Shown: piece after piece, positions 10,577 through 20,777 of the stretch | Numbering within the stretch: the first letter of the stretch is position 1 | Layout of the letters: the number at the start of each line of letters is the position of its first letter | Assembly: GCA_965219455.1 (NCBI GenBank) | Contig: OZ244744.1 | Span: 4,768,001 to 4,832,000 of the forward strand | From: Candidatus Latescibacterota bacterium | GTDB lineage: Bacteria > Latescibacterota > UBA2968 > GCA-2709665 | Direction: 5' to 3' | DNA: 64,000 nucleotides | Position numbers and translations under genes: made by a program | The notes under the pieces: generated by a model | The model's input: only the letters and a program-made list of their open reading frames with translations | The model's database searches: none | What the model was told of the DNA's origin: nothing

Positions 10577-10801
10577 GAAGGTGGAACGTGGCCAATGTCA
10601 CGTCACTCACGGGTTCCCCGGTCATACTGTCCGCATTTGAGTCGACCTTCGGCGGCCTGGGCAGTGTTCCTTCGCCGGTTCCTCAACGTCTCGACAAGCC
10701 ATTGTGCGGGCGTGGAGATGATGGATTGGCGAACAAAGCAGCCAACCGTGACAATGCATGACTTGATCAGGCTAATAAGAGGCTGAACCAGGTATTGATA
10801 G

Positions 10802-13800
10802 ATGAAAATCTACTCTGGATTTTTCCGGCTCACAATCGGCGCCGCCGGCCTGATGTGCATGGCGCTGTTCATTTCCCCGTGGTCGTCGTCGACGCAGCCC
10901 GCCGGCTTTTCGCTCGCGCTGGACCTGGACGATGCCGCTGGCGACCAGGGCGTATCCTCGCTCGACGTGTCTCCCGATCAGGTTTTTCCCATACAGATTT
11001 ACGCGATGGATATTCAGAATGCCACCGGCATATCCATGCGCTTCCGATACGATGGCACCCAGGTTTCGCACGAAGGCTTCGACCCCGGCGAGGCGCTGCC
11101 CGATGCGAATGCGCTTGTCGAACGGGATTCGACGTCGGTCCGGATCGACCTCTCGTCGCTGAGTGGATCGGCAACGGCGAACGCCGGGTGGGTCGGCACC
11201 GTTCGTTTTCGCACCACGGCCATGTTTTCCGATACGGAGATCTGGTTGGTACACGCAGAACTTTCCCGGGGCGGAGGGTCCGAGGCAATATCGCCGGCCC
11301 TTGGCGTCGCACTGCAGGTCACCGCGCTCCCTTCGCCCGACTTCGACGGCAATGGGCAAGTGGGCTTCTCGGACTTCGTGGCCTTTGGCGACGCATACGG
11401 TTCCCGGCCTGACGATGAAAACTACAGCGCGAAGTACGACCTGAACGGCGACGGCGGCATCGGCTTCGACGACCTGTTGATTTTCGCCGAGCGCTTCGGC
11501 GAGGCGGCCAACCGCGCGCCTGTCTTCGCCGCATCGCCGCCCGTGACGCGCTCGATAGTGGAGAACACGACTTCAGGCCAGCCCATCGGCGATCCCGTCA
11601 TCGCTACAGACGCGGATGAAGACGCGCTCACGTACGGCCTGCGTGGCGTATACGCGGACCGTTTTTCCATTGGCGCGGGCACGGGGCAGCTGCTGACAAA
11701 GGAAGGAATTGTCTACGACCACGAAGCGAGTGACGCGTATTCGCTGACCGTACGGGTCAGTGACAGCAAGGGGGGCCGCGCCGGCGTTGGGGTGGACGTC
11801 CAGGTGACCGACGTGGACGAGCCTCCCGGAACGCCGCCTGGGGGCGTGGCGGTCACGCCTCGAAAAAACGCCCTGCTGGTAAGCTGGAACGCGGCGCCCG
11901 ACGAGGCGGGCAGGCCCCCGGTGACGGGATACGAGGTGACGCACCGGAGGGGCGATGCCGGCGACTGGCAGGAAGCGCTGCTGCTGGACGGCCGCGGGGA
12001 TACCAGCGTGACGATCACGCGTCTGAACAACGAACGCATCCACCAGGCGCGCGTGCGCAGTTTCAACGATGAGGGCGCAGGCCCGTGGTCGGAACCGGTT
12101 GCGGGGGCGCCCACGGCGGGGCCGCAAGTGGCGCGCGGCATCCCGGACCAGAGTCTCTACACGGGCGGGGGTAACGGTCGCGTGAACCTGGCCATCGCCT
12201 TCACCCGGCCGGGCGGGAGGCCGCTGAGTTACGCCGCGGCATCGTCCGACAGCACCATCGCGGCCGTGAGCGTGTCGGACTCCATGGCGACGTTGCGCCC
12301 GGTGGCCGGGGGGCGCGTGACCATCGCCGCGACGGCCAGCGACGCGTGGGGCAACGGCGCGCAGACGACGTTTAACGTTGTGGTGACATCGGGGCCGCCG
12401 CCCCCGCCTCGTCCGCCGCCGCAGCCGCCGTCGCCACCACCCCCGCCGCCACCACCCCCGCCTCCTCCTCCTCCGCCGCGACGGCCTCCTCCTCCACGAC
12501 CGCCGCCACCGCCGCCACCGGACACTTCACCAGACCTGTTGGTGGGGTCTCCTTCGGTCAGCGATAGCAGCCTGGATGCGCGCGGTTCCTTCACGCTGAG
12601 CGCCACAGTCCGCAATGGGGGCAGTGGTTCGTCGGTGGCCACGATGCTCCGCTACTACCGTTCGTCGGATGCGACGATTTCCGGGACCGATACGGAGGTC
12701 GGGACGGATGCGGTTAGCGTCATTGCGGCTTCAGGCACGAGCGATCAGTCGATCAGTCTGACGGCTCCGTCGGATGCGGGGACGTATTACTATGGTGCTT
12801 GCGTCGATGCGGTTACTGGAGAGTCCAATAGCGGGAACAATTGCTCTGGCGCTGTGCAAGTAACGGTTAGCGGGGGATCACCGCCGTCGACCCCACAGGT
12901 GACCATCTCGGCAGGTACTACACCTGTGACTGAAGGTACGGCTGCGACCTTCACGATTTCAGCGTCCCCTGCACCGACCTCCACATTGACTGTAACCGTG
13001 AACGTGACTGAGACAGAAGATGTCCTAAGCGGCACACCGGCCTCGACAGTCACCATCAACGCCAATGCGGCCACCGCCACGCTGACGGTCAATACCGCCA
13101 ATGATCAAGCGGATGAGTCGAATAGTGTGGTAACCGCGCAATTGCAAGCCGGAACAGGCTATACCGTAGGGCCCACATCCTCGGCGAGCGTAACCGTTAA
13201 CGACAACGACGAACCCCCGCAGGTGACCCCACAGGTGACCATCTCGGCGGGTACTACACCTGTGACTGAAGGCACAGATGTGACTTTTACGATCACCGCG
13301 TCCTCTGCCCCGACGTCTGCCCTGACGGTGACGATATCCGGGCCCCGTGTGGAGATCTCACCGCGCTCGCTGACCTTTGAAGCACTGGGCGAGACCCAGA
13401 CGGTGACAGTTAAGGTCCTGGATGAGAACGGCAATGAGGATACTGATGCTTCATGGAATGCCTTTGCGGTTTTCTCTTCAGGGGGAATAGACATGGAGAG
13501 GGTGGATGGCGGCTTGGAGATCACGGCGGACGAAACTGGAAGCGGAAGTGTTGAGATAAGTTCGGGAGACGCGTCACCAGCCATTCTGCTCGTAACAGTG
13601 TACCAAAAACCGGCGTCCTTGACGCTTTCGCCCAGTTCGGCGGACCTGACGGTAGGCGGGACGACGACGCTGAGTGCAGCAATCGCGGACGCGAACGGTT
13701 ACGAAATCGGCGTGGCCCAGGGCGACGGTCAAGGTGGTCTCGTGGTGTATTGGGAAACGAGCGACTCGGGGGTGGCGACTGTTGATGGCTCTGATGACAA

Positions 13801-13924
13801 AGAGGACAGGAATACGGGCGGCTCTGCTACGGTGACGGCGGTGGCTGCCGGTACCGTTACCATCACAGGGCGGCACTCAGGAGATATTACAGGTACGGCC
13901 ACGATTACGGTGATGGGCAACTGA
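10802..13924 (+). CDS. Secreted modular surface protein B: shared N-module + CARDB-like, Calx-beta/Ig-like and Big_2-like domains
   Basis: Same N-terminal ~530 aa as A, C and D. After the polyproline come PDLLVGSPSVS...YYYGACVDAVTGES (CARDB-like), VTEGT repeats and WETSDSGVATVD (Big_2-like). Confidence 0.85.
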   Translation: MKIYSGFFRLTIGAAGLMCMALFISPWSSSTQPAGFSLALDLDDAAGDQGVSSLDVSPDQVFPIQIYAMDIQNATGISMRFRYDGTQVSHEGFDPGEALPDANALVERDSTSVRIDLSSLSGSATANAGWVGTVRFRTTAMFSDTEIWLVHAELSRGGGSEAISPALGVALQVTALPSPDFDGNGQVGFSDFVAFGDAYGSRPDDENYSAKYDLNGDGGIGFDDLLIFAERFGEAANRAPVFAASPPVTRSIVENTTSGQPIGDPVIATDADEDALTYGLRGVYADRFSIGAGTGQLLTKEGIVYDHEASDAYSLTVRVSDSKGGRAGVGVDVQVTDVDEPPGTPPGGVAVTPRKNALLVSWNAAPDEAGRPPVTGYEVTHRRGDAGDWQEALLLDGRGDTSVTITRLNNERIHQARVRSFNDEGAGPWSEPVAGAPTAGPQVARGIPDQSLYTGGGNGRVNLAIAFTRPGGRPLSYAAASSDSTIAAVSVSDSMATLRPVAGGRVTIAATASDAWGNGAQTTFNVVVTSGPPPPPRPPPQPPSPPPPPPPPPPPPPPPRRPPPPRPPPPPPPDTSPDLLVGSPSVSDSSLDARGSFTLSATVRNGGSGSSVATMLRYYRSSDATISGTDTEVGTDAVSVIAASGTSDQSISLTAPSDAGTYYYGACVDAVTGESNSGNNCSGAVQVTVSGGSPPSTPQVTISAGTTPVTEGTAATFTISASPAPTSTLTVTVNVTETEDVLSGTPASTVTINANAATATLTVNTANDQADESNSVVTAQLQAGTGYTVGPTSSASVTVNDNDEPPQVTPQVTISAGTTPVTEGTDVTFTITASSAPTSALTVTISGPRVEISPRSLTFEALGETQTVTVKVLDENGNEDTDASWNAFAVFSSGGIDMERVDGGLEITADETGSGSVEISSGDASPAILLVTVYQKPASLTLSPSSADLTVGGTTTLSAAIADANGYEIGVAQGDGQGGLVVYWETSDSGVATVDGSDDKEDRNTGGSATVTAVAAGTVTITGRHSGDITGTATITVMGN

Positions 13925-13991
13925 GGTGATCGGTTCGTAGTCTGGGACGGCCGGGTCTGGTAGGTCCGCACAGGCCGCTCGGGCTGGATCT

Positions 13992-14090
13992 ACCGGCGGC
14001 TTCTCCCCAACTCTGGATCCGGATGATTTCGAAGGCGACCAGGCCGTATCTTCTCTCGACGTTTCTCCCGACCAGGTTGTTCCCATACGG
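13992..14090 (+). pseudogene. Relic of a fifth surface-protein N-module (cohesin start)
   Basis: Translates TGGFSPTLDPDDFEGDQAVSSLDVSPDQVVPIR, versus PAGFSLALDLDDAAGDQGVSSLDVSPDQVFPIQ in gene B; no start codon and cut off just before the AAA gene 3' end. Confidence 0.8.
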
Positions 14091-14117
14091 AAGCGGGCTT
14101 GTGGATTTTCCTGACCC

Positions 14118-15662
14118 CTATTGTGCGACCTCAAAGGCCGTTATATTGCGAGTGTTTTTGCTAAACTCTACGGCGATCAGGTGGATCGGCTGGTCCAGAC
14201 CGCGATATTTGTCCGCGTATCCCTTTGCCTGCAATTGCGCCATTGCCCCGCCTTCAGACGCTATCTCCACCACTTTGAACTCGAACAGGTAGATGTTATC
14301 GTTAAAGTGAACGGCCATATCTACACGGCCATGGCTGCTGCTGTCCTCTACGGTGATGTCAAACCCCAGTCCCGCGAAATAGGAATAGAATACGCTGGCG
14401 TAGTAGCCCTCAAAATTGGCGATGTCGTTGTTGGTGTACCATTCGTAGGGGATGCTGGCAAAGAAGGCGTGGAATAGTGTTTTCAGGCCGGTAAAGTCGT
14501 TGGCTTCCAGCAGCCTGTACAGACGCACGGTGTTCGCCATCTGGCGTGTGGCGTCTTTTACCAGGTAGCGCAGCAGGCTCTCGTTGAGGCTCTGGCGCAC
14601 TTCCCGATTGGGGTAGCTCAGGCGATAGAATGACGCGCCGCCGAGGTTTTCTTCCTCTGTGATGGTGAGGTAGCCGGTCTGGAATAGCAATGCCTCTGTT
14701 GCCATGTCATCGACGTCGAAGGTGGATAGCAACTCGTCGCTGCCGATCATGTTATCCAGTTCGAGAGAACTGACGTGGCGTTGAAAGAGGGTTTCGATGA
14801 GGAAGGTGGGGGTGCCGGTCTCGAACCAGTAGGCGCCGAAGGTGCGCTTGTCGAATAGAAGGAGGATGTCGAAAGGGTTGTACACTTTTTCGTCGCCCAG
14901 CCAGCTATAGCCGTTGTACCAGTCGCGGATTTCGTCTCGGTCCAGGCCGGGCAGTTCTGGCGCGAATACGGTGTCGAGGTCCGCTTCGGTGTAGCCGCAG
15001 ATCGCGGAATAGCGCGGGTCAATGGTGACGTCGGTGAGGTTGTTGAGACCGGAGAAGATACTCACCTTAGAGAATTTGCTGACGCCAGTAATGAACGTGA
15101 AGCGTATGTGTGCGTCTGCAAACTTAACGGTCGAATATAGGCCGCGCAAGAAGTCGCGATTGGCCCGGGCGACCTCAGGCACCGCCAGCGCGTCCAGGAT
15201 GGGCTTGTCGTATTCATCGACCAGTATCACAACGCGCTGACCGCTGCGCTCGTGTAGCACCTTCATCAAGTGGCGCAAGCGGGCTGACGCGCTGTCGTCG
15301 CGCGGGATGACCTCCGCTTCGTCCTCAAAAGCATTCAATTGCGCCGTCACTTCCTTCCGCAAGTCGTCCTGACCCTGATAGTTGCCGCTGCTGAAGTCGA
15401 GCCGCAGCACGGGATGGCGCACCTGCCAATCCCAGTGGTCATGGATGTACAATCCCTCAAATAGCGGCTCATTCCCTTCAAATAGTTCTTTCAAGGTGTC
15501 CAGAAACAGGCTCTTGCCAAAGCGACGCGGGCGCGACAGGAAGTAGTGCGTACCCCCGTTGAGCAGTTCTCGGATATAGGCCGTCTTATCGACGTAGTAG
15601 TAGATCTGCTCCCGAATCTTGCGGAAGGTCTGAATGCCGATGGGCAGTCTGCGTTTGAGCAT
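14118..15662 (-). CDS. AAA-ATPase-like domain + C-terminal PD-(D/E)XK nuclease (DUF1703-type) protein
   Basis: SRPRRFGKSL, LVDEYDKP, YNPF, YWFETGTP; C-terminal GRVD...FEFK...QL...Y. Confidence 0.92.
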   Translation of the reverse strand: MLKRRLPIGIQTFRKIREQIYYYVDKTAYIRELLNGGTHYFLSRPRRFGKSLFLDTLKELFEGNEPLFEGLYIHDHWDWQVRHPVLRLDFSSGNYQGQDDLRKEVTAQLNAFEDEAEVIPRDDSASARLRHLMKVLHERSGQRVVILVDEYDKPILDALAVPEVARANRDFLRGLYSTVKFADAHIRFTFITGVSKFSKVSIFSGLNNLTDVTIDPRYSAICGYTEADLDTVFAPELPGLDRDEIRDWYNGYSWLGDEKVYNPFDILLLFDKRTFGAYWFETGTPTFLIETLFQRHVSSLELDNMIGSDELLSTFDVDDMATEALLFQTGYLTITEEENLGGASFYRLSYPNREVRQSLNESLLRYLVKDATRQMANTVRLYRLLEANDFTGLKTLFHAFFASIPYEWYTNNDIANFEGYYASVFYSYFAGLGFDITVEDSSSHGRVDMAVHFNDNIYLFEFKVVEIASEGGAMAQLQAKGYADKYRGLDQPIHLIAVEFSKNTRNITAFEVAQ

Positions 15663-16335
15663 GCTTCCTCCCGGGGCGATCTCCTCAAGGTCCATGACAA
15701 GACTGGATCCGACAATGTTCTGAAGATTATTCGCTCTTCTGTAATAAAATTACTTGAAATCGGATGAACTCCTTAGCGAAAGATACGCAATGCCCGACCC
15801 GATCGCAAACCACACCTGATAAAGGCAAGACGTTTGAGAATGGAAGCGTTACTGTTCATTTTTCCGTTGTCCCCATCCTCGCGGCCCGGCTGCCTGCCCC
15901 ATGGCCCGGATCGATTCAAACGGTGAACCGCCTATACTCTCAATCGCACCCACGCGTGGCCTGAGATCCGCGACGGCGCATCCGTCCGGAGGCAGGATCA
16001 GGGAGACCCTTCGCAGGCGACAGGGTGAAATGCATGCGAAAATTTGCCCGGATTGTATATAAATTCGGAAAAAGTAGATAAATACGTAAAATATTAATGA
16101 TTGGATTAAGATGTATTAATAGTTATATTTTAAATTCTGCGTTTCGTGTGCCGGACGACAGGGCATTGTGATTCGTTGGTGAAGGGCTGACCAGCCAAAT
16201 AACAAGACCGTGGGTTGCCTGACCTGCCAGAGTCGAAAACCGACGGTCCTCCAGGAAGGCGCACACCCTTTCTGTTCCTGGCGCTTTTGTTCCATGAGAC
16301 AGGATGTGGCCCTCGTTCTGGAATATAGAGTTCCC

Positions 16336-19300
16336 ATGATGTCATTTCAAATGCAGCGACGGGGAATCGAGCGTCTTGAAGCCCGAAGACGGACGAAGTT
16401 TCCCGAGACCGGGTTTTTCCGGCTCGCCCTCGGCGTCGCGGGCCTGGTGTGGCTTGCGCTGTTCATTTCCCCGTGGTCGTCGTCGACGCAGCCGTCCGGC
16501 TTTTCGCTCGCGCTGGACCTTGACGATGCCGCTGGCGACCAGGCGGTATCCTCGCTCGACGTCTCTCCCGAACAGGTTTTTCCTATACAGATTTTCGCGA
16601 TGGATATTCAGAATGCCGCGGGCATATCCATGCGCTTCGGATACGATGGGACCCAGGTTTCGTACGAAGGCTTCGACCCCGGCGAGGCCCTGCCCGATGC
16701 CAATGCGCTTGTCGAAGAGGATTCGACTTCGGTCCGGATCGATGTTTCGTCGCTGAGTGGGTCGGCAACGGTGAACGCGGGTTGGATCGGCACGGTTCGT
16801 TTTCGCACCACGGCCATGTTTTCCGATACGGAGATCTGGCTGGTACACGCAGAACTTGCCCGGGGTGAACAGGAGGAGGCGATATCGCCCGCCCTGGGTG
16901 TCGCGCTGCAGGTCACGGCGCTCCCTTCGTCCGACTTCGATGGCAACGGGCAGGTGGGGTTCTCGGACTTCCTGGCCTTTGGCGACGCATACGGTTCCCG
17001 GCATGGCGATGAGACGTACAGGGCGAAGTACGACCTGAACGGCGACGGCGGGATCGGCTTCGACGACTTGCTGATCTTCGCCGAGCGTTTCGGCGATGCG
17101 GTCAACCGCGCGCCGGTCTTCGTCGCCGCGCCCCCGGTCACGCGCTCACTGGAAGAGAATACTTCGGCTGGCCAGCCCATCGGCGACCCGGTCATCGCTA
17201 CCGACGCGGATGAAGATTCCCTTACGTACAGCCTGCGCGGCGCGTATGTGGACCGTTTTTCCATTGGCGCGGGCACGGGTCAGCTTCTCACCAGGGACGG
17301 CGTGGCCTACGACCACGAAGCGAGTGACGCGTATTCGCTGACCGTGCGGGTCAGCGACGGGCAGGGGGGCCGCGCCGTCGTTGCGGTGGGCATACGCGTG
17401 ACCGACGTGGACGAGCCCCCCGGCGCGCCCGGGGGCGTGGCGGTCACACCGCGCAACAGCGCCCTGCTGGTAAGCTGGAACGCGGCGCCCGACGAGGCGG
17501 GCAGGCCCCCGGTAAGCGGATACGAGGTGACGCACCGGAGGGGGGATGCCGGCGACTGGCAGGAAGCGCTGATGCTGGAGGGCCGCGGGGATACCAGCGT
17601 GACGATCACGCGTCTGAACAACGAACGCACCCACCAGGCGCGCGTGCGCAGTTTCAACGATGAGGGCGCAAGCCCGTGGTCGGAACCGGTTGCGGGCGCG
17701 CCCACCGCGGGGCCGAAAGTGGCGCGCGGCATCCCGGACCAGAGTCTCTACACGGGCGGGGGTAACGGTCGCGTGAACCTGGCCGTCGCGTTCACCCGTC
17801 CGGGCGGGAGGCCGCTGAGTTACGCCGCGGCATCGTCCGACAGCACCATCGCGGCCGTGAGCGTGTCGGATTCGATGGCGACGTTGCGCCCGGTGGCCGG
17901 GGGGCGCGTCACCGTCACCGCGACGGCCAGCGACGTGTGGGGCAACGGCGCGCAGACGACGTTTAACGTTGTGGTGACATCGGGGCCGCCGCCCCCGCCG
18001 CGTCCGCCGCCACAGCCGCCGTCACCACCTCCACCGCGACGGCCTCCTCCTCCACGACCTCCACCCGGACCCAATCAAGCGCCAACCTTCAACGACGGAT
18101 CGAGCACGTCGCGCAGCGTGGCCGAGAACACCCTGGCGAACCAGAACGTCCAGCATCCGGTCAGCGCCACCGATGCCGACCGCCACCCCCTGACCTATCG
18201 CCTCGGCGGGAACGATGCCGGTTCCTTCGCCATCAACGCAAGCAACGGTCAGCTTCGCACCCGGGCGGGGGCGACCTACGACTACGAGGTCAAGAATCGT
18301 TATTCGGTAACCGTGGAAGCCGACGACCGCAACGGCGGCGCGGCCACGATTGGCGTCGCCATCCACTCCTGGCCGCACGACGGCCCCGGTACCACTACCA
18401 CGATCCCGGACCTGGAGGTCAACACCCGTTACGAGGTGCAGGTGCGGGCGCACAACGACGAAGGGGAGAGCGAATGGTCCGCCTCGGGCTTCGGGAGGAT
18501 CTGTTCAGAAGGCGATGCCCCGACGCCTGTGGAAGTGACGGTGACGGCGGTGCCCATCGTAGTCGCGTCCACGACCGACGAGTACTTCGTGCTCTACGTC
18601 CGGCACGATGTGGATGGCGCGACGGTAGAGGTGCCGGTCCTGGTCAAGCGAGGCGAAGCGGGCACGACCGCGCTCGCCGAGAACGTGGCGGCGCTGCCCA
18701 AGGAGCGCTACCGGGTGGAGAAGTACCTCGTCGCCGACCCGGCCGATGTCGACGGCGACTGCATTGACGACCTCACCGAACTCGACACGGTGGGCATGAA
18801 CCCGGTGAACCCCGCCGCGGCCATCGCACTCACTGAAGGCGCCCTGGCCATTCCCGATCTGGAAACGTTCGAGACGCTCTCCCTATACGGGTTCGTCAAG
18901 TTCATAGTGGTCGGTATCGATACCCACCAACCCGGTATCTACTTCGCAAACACCAAGACGTATGAGCAGCATGCGGACTTCCGGGAGGCCCTGGGCTTTG
19001 AGTGGTACGAGGCGATCGATGGCGGTTTCGAATACGATCCGGACCTCGTTGCTCCCGATGGCAATCCGGGGGTCTACTATTACTACCTTGAGCCAAGTTA
19101 CTCCTTCAGCCTCGCGGCGCGTTTCTATACGGTTTGCGCCGCCAGCATGCCCCTGCTCGAGGACAACCTGGCCTATCACATACGCAACTATCAGCTTCCG
19201 CATTTCCAGTCCGACTTGCCGCTCTTCAGTGAATCCCGCATTCCCCTCGTGTTCGAAGAGGACATCCGCCGCGAAACCACCTTCTTGGCGTTGAACCCAG

Positions 19301-20625
19301 GGGAGGGGTACGGCCTGCTGCGGGTCATGGACCCGGACGAGCGGCCCCACCCGCGCGATGTGGTGATCTACGAGGCCCTGCCCAACGAGTTGCCCCGCGT
19401 GGCCGGCATCGTCAGCACCGTGCTCCAAACGCCGCTGTCACATGTCAACCTGCGCGCCATTCAGGACGGCATCCCCAATTCCTTCATCGCCGACGCGCTC
19501 GACAACAGCTCTATCAACACTCTCATCGGCGGCTACGTCCGCTACACGGTGACGGATAGAGGCTGGAGCCTGCGCGCTGCCACGCCCGCAGAAGTCGATG
19601 CCCACTACGAGTCTTCCCGGCCCGCCCATGAACAGATCCCGCAACGGGACCTCGATGTCACCAAAATCACGCCGCTCAGTGAGATCGGCTTCGATGACTG
19701 GGACGCGTTCGGCGTCAAGGCGGCCAACGTGGCGGTGCTGGGGACGCTGGGGTTTCCGGAGGGGACCGTGCCCGACGGCTTCGCGATTCCGTTCTATTTC
19801 TACGACGAGTTCATGAAGCACAACGGGTTCTACACCCGCATTGAAACCATGCTGGCGGACGAAGCTTTCCAGACGGACTTCGAAGCCCAGGCGGACTCAC
19901 TCAAGAAGCTGCGCAAGGCCATCGAAGACGCGGAGACGCCGGATTGGATCGTCTCGGCAATCGAGACAATGAATGAGTCTTTCTCCGAGGGGATCAACCG
20001 CCGCTACCGGTCCAGCACCAACAACGAGGACCTGCCCGGGTTCAACGGCGCGGGGCTGTACGACTCCAAGAGCCAGAAGCCGAGCGAGGACGAGAAGGAT
20101 CTCGCCAAGTCCCTCAAGGAGGTGTACGCCGGTCTGTGGAACTTCCGCGCCTTCGTCGAACGCGACTTCCATCACATCGACCACCTGGCGGCGGCGATGG
20201 GGGTGCTGGTGCATCCCAGCTACAGGGACGAACTGGCCAACGGCGTGGCCGTCAGCTTCGACCCCATCTACGGCAGAGACAGACGCTACTACGTCAACAC
20301 GCAGGTCGGCGAGGATCTGGTCACCAATCCCGACGCGCACTCGGTGCCGGAGGAAGTCCTGTTGAACCCGCCTTCTGTTTCTCTCCCTTACACCGTCCTT
20401 GGGACCTCCAACCAGGTGCCGCCGGGGCAACTCCTCATGAGCCGTGACCAAATGCGCCAGTTGAGAGAACATCTCGAGGTGATCCACGAGGAGTTCGCGG
20501 AGCTGTACGACCCCGCACCCGGTGAACCGTTCGCCATGGAGATCGAGTTCAAGATCACCAGCGACAACATCCTGGCGATCAAGCAGGCGCGTCCCTGGGT
20601 CTTCGGCGCCCAGGTCGATGAGTGA
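16336..20625 (+). CDS. Secreted modular surface protein C: shared N-module, cadherin, partial FN3, C-terminal PEP/pyruvate-binding (PPDK_N, ATP-grasp-like) domain
   Basis: Shared N-module; FGVKAANV, YRSSTNNEDLPGFNGAGLYDS, MEIEFKI, IKQARPW. Start uncertain. Confidence 0.85.
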   Translation: MMSFQMQRRGIERLEARRRTKFPETGFFRLALGVAGLVWLALFISPWSSSTQPSGFSLALDLDDAAGDQAVSSLDVSPEQVFPIQIFAMDIQNAAGISMRFGYDGTQVSYEGFDPGEALPDANALVEEDSTSVRIDVSSLSGSATVNAGWIGTVRFRTTAMFSDTEIWLVHAELARGEQEEAISPALGVALQVTALPSSDFDGNGQVGFSDFLAFGDAYGSRHGDETYRAKYDLNGDGGIGFDDLLIFAERFGDAVNRAPVFVAAPPVTRSLEENTSAGQPIGDPVIATDADEDSLTYSLRGAYVDRFSIGAGTGQLLTRDGVAYDHEASDAYSLTVRVSDGQGGRAVVAVGIRVTDVDEPPGAPGGVAVTPRNSALLVSWNAAPDEAGRPPVSGYEVTHRRGDAGDWQEALMLEGRGDTSVTITRLNNERTHQARVRSFNDEGASPWSEPVAGAPTAGPKVARGIPDQSLYTGGGNGRVNLAVAFTRPGGRPLSYAAASSDSTIAAVSVSDSMATLRPVAGGRVTVTATASDVWGNGAQTTFNVVVTSGPPPPPRPPPQPPSPPPPRRPPPPRPPPGPNQAPTFNDGSSTSRSVAENTLANQNVQHPVSATDADRHPLTYRLGGNDAGSFAINASNGQLRTRAGATYDYEVKNRYSVTVEADDRNGGAATIGVAIHSWPHDGPGTTTTIPDLEVNTRYEVQVRAHNDEGESEWSASGFGRICSEGDAPTPVEVTVTAVPIVVASTTDEYFVLYVRHDVDGATVEVPVLVKRGEAGTTALAENVAALPKERYRVEKYLVADPADVDGDCIDDLTELDTVGMNPVNPAAAIALTEGALAIPDLETFETLSLYGFVKFIVVGIDTHQPGIYFANTKTYEQHADFREALGFEWYEAIDGGFEYDPDLVAPDGNPGVYYYYLEPSYSFSLAARFYTVCAASMPLLEDNLAYHIRNYQLPHFQSDLPLFSESRIPLVFEEDIRRETTFLALNPGEGYGLLRVMDPDERPHPRDVVIYEALPNELPRVAGIVSTVLQTPLSHVNLRAIQDGIPNSFIADALDNSSINTLIGGYVRYTVTDRGWSLRAATPAEVDAHYESSRPAHEQIPQRDLDVTKITPLSEIGFDDWDAFGVKAANVAVLGTLGFPEGTVPDGFAIPFYFYDEFMKHNGFYTRIETMLADEAFQTDFEAQADSLKKLRKAIEDAETPDWIVSAIETMNESFSEGINRRYRSSTNNEDLPGFNGAGLYDSKSQKPSEDEKDLAKSLKEVYAGLWNFRAFVERDFHHIDHLAAAMGVLVHPSYRDELANGVAVSFDPIYGRDRRYYVNTQVGEDLVTNPDAHSVPEEVLLNPPSVSLPYTVLGTSNQVPPGQLLMSRDQMRQLREHLEVIHEEFAELYDPAPGEPFAMEIEFKITSDNILAIKQARPWVFGAQVDE

Positions 20626-20720
20626 TTCCGGCGGTGAGAGAGGCCAGCGGTGCGAAGGGCACGGCGGGCGGGAGCCGAAAGCAGGCGTGCCCGGGCCCGC
20701 CGCGACGCGGGCATCTCCGT

Positions 20721-20748
20721 GTAGGGGCGACCGGCCGGTCGCCCCTAC
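20721..20748. repeat. GTAG-type REP palindrome
   Basis: GTAGGGGCGACCGGCCGGTCGCCCCTAC is a perfect palindrome between genes C and D; near copy at 27029..27052. Confidence 0.8.
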
Positions 20749-20777
20749 GCCATGAAGGCTGAACCAGGTATTGATAG

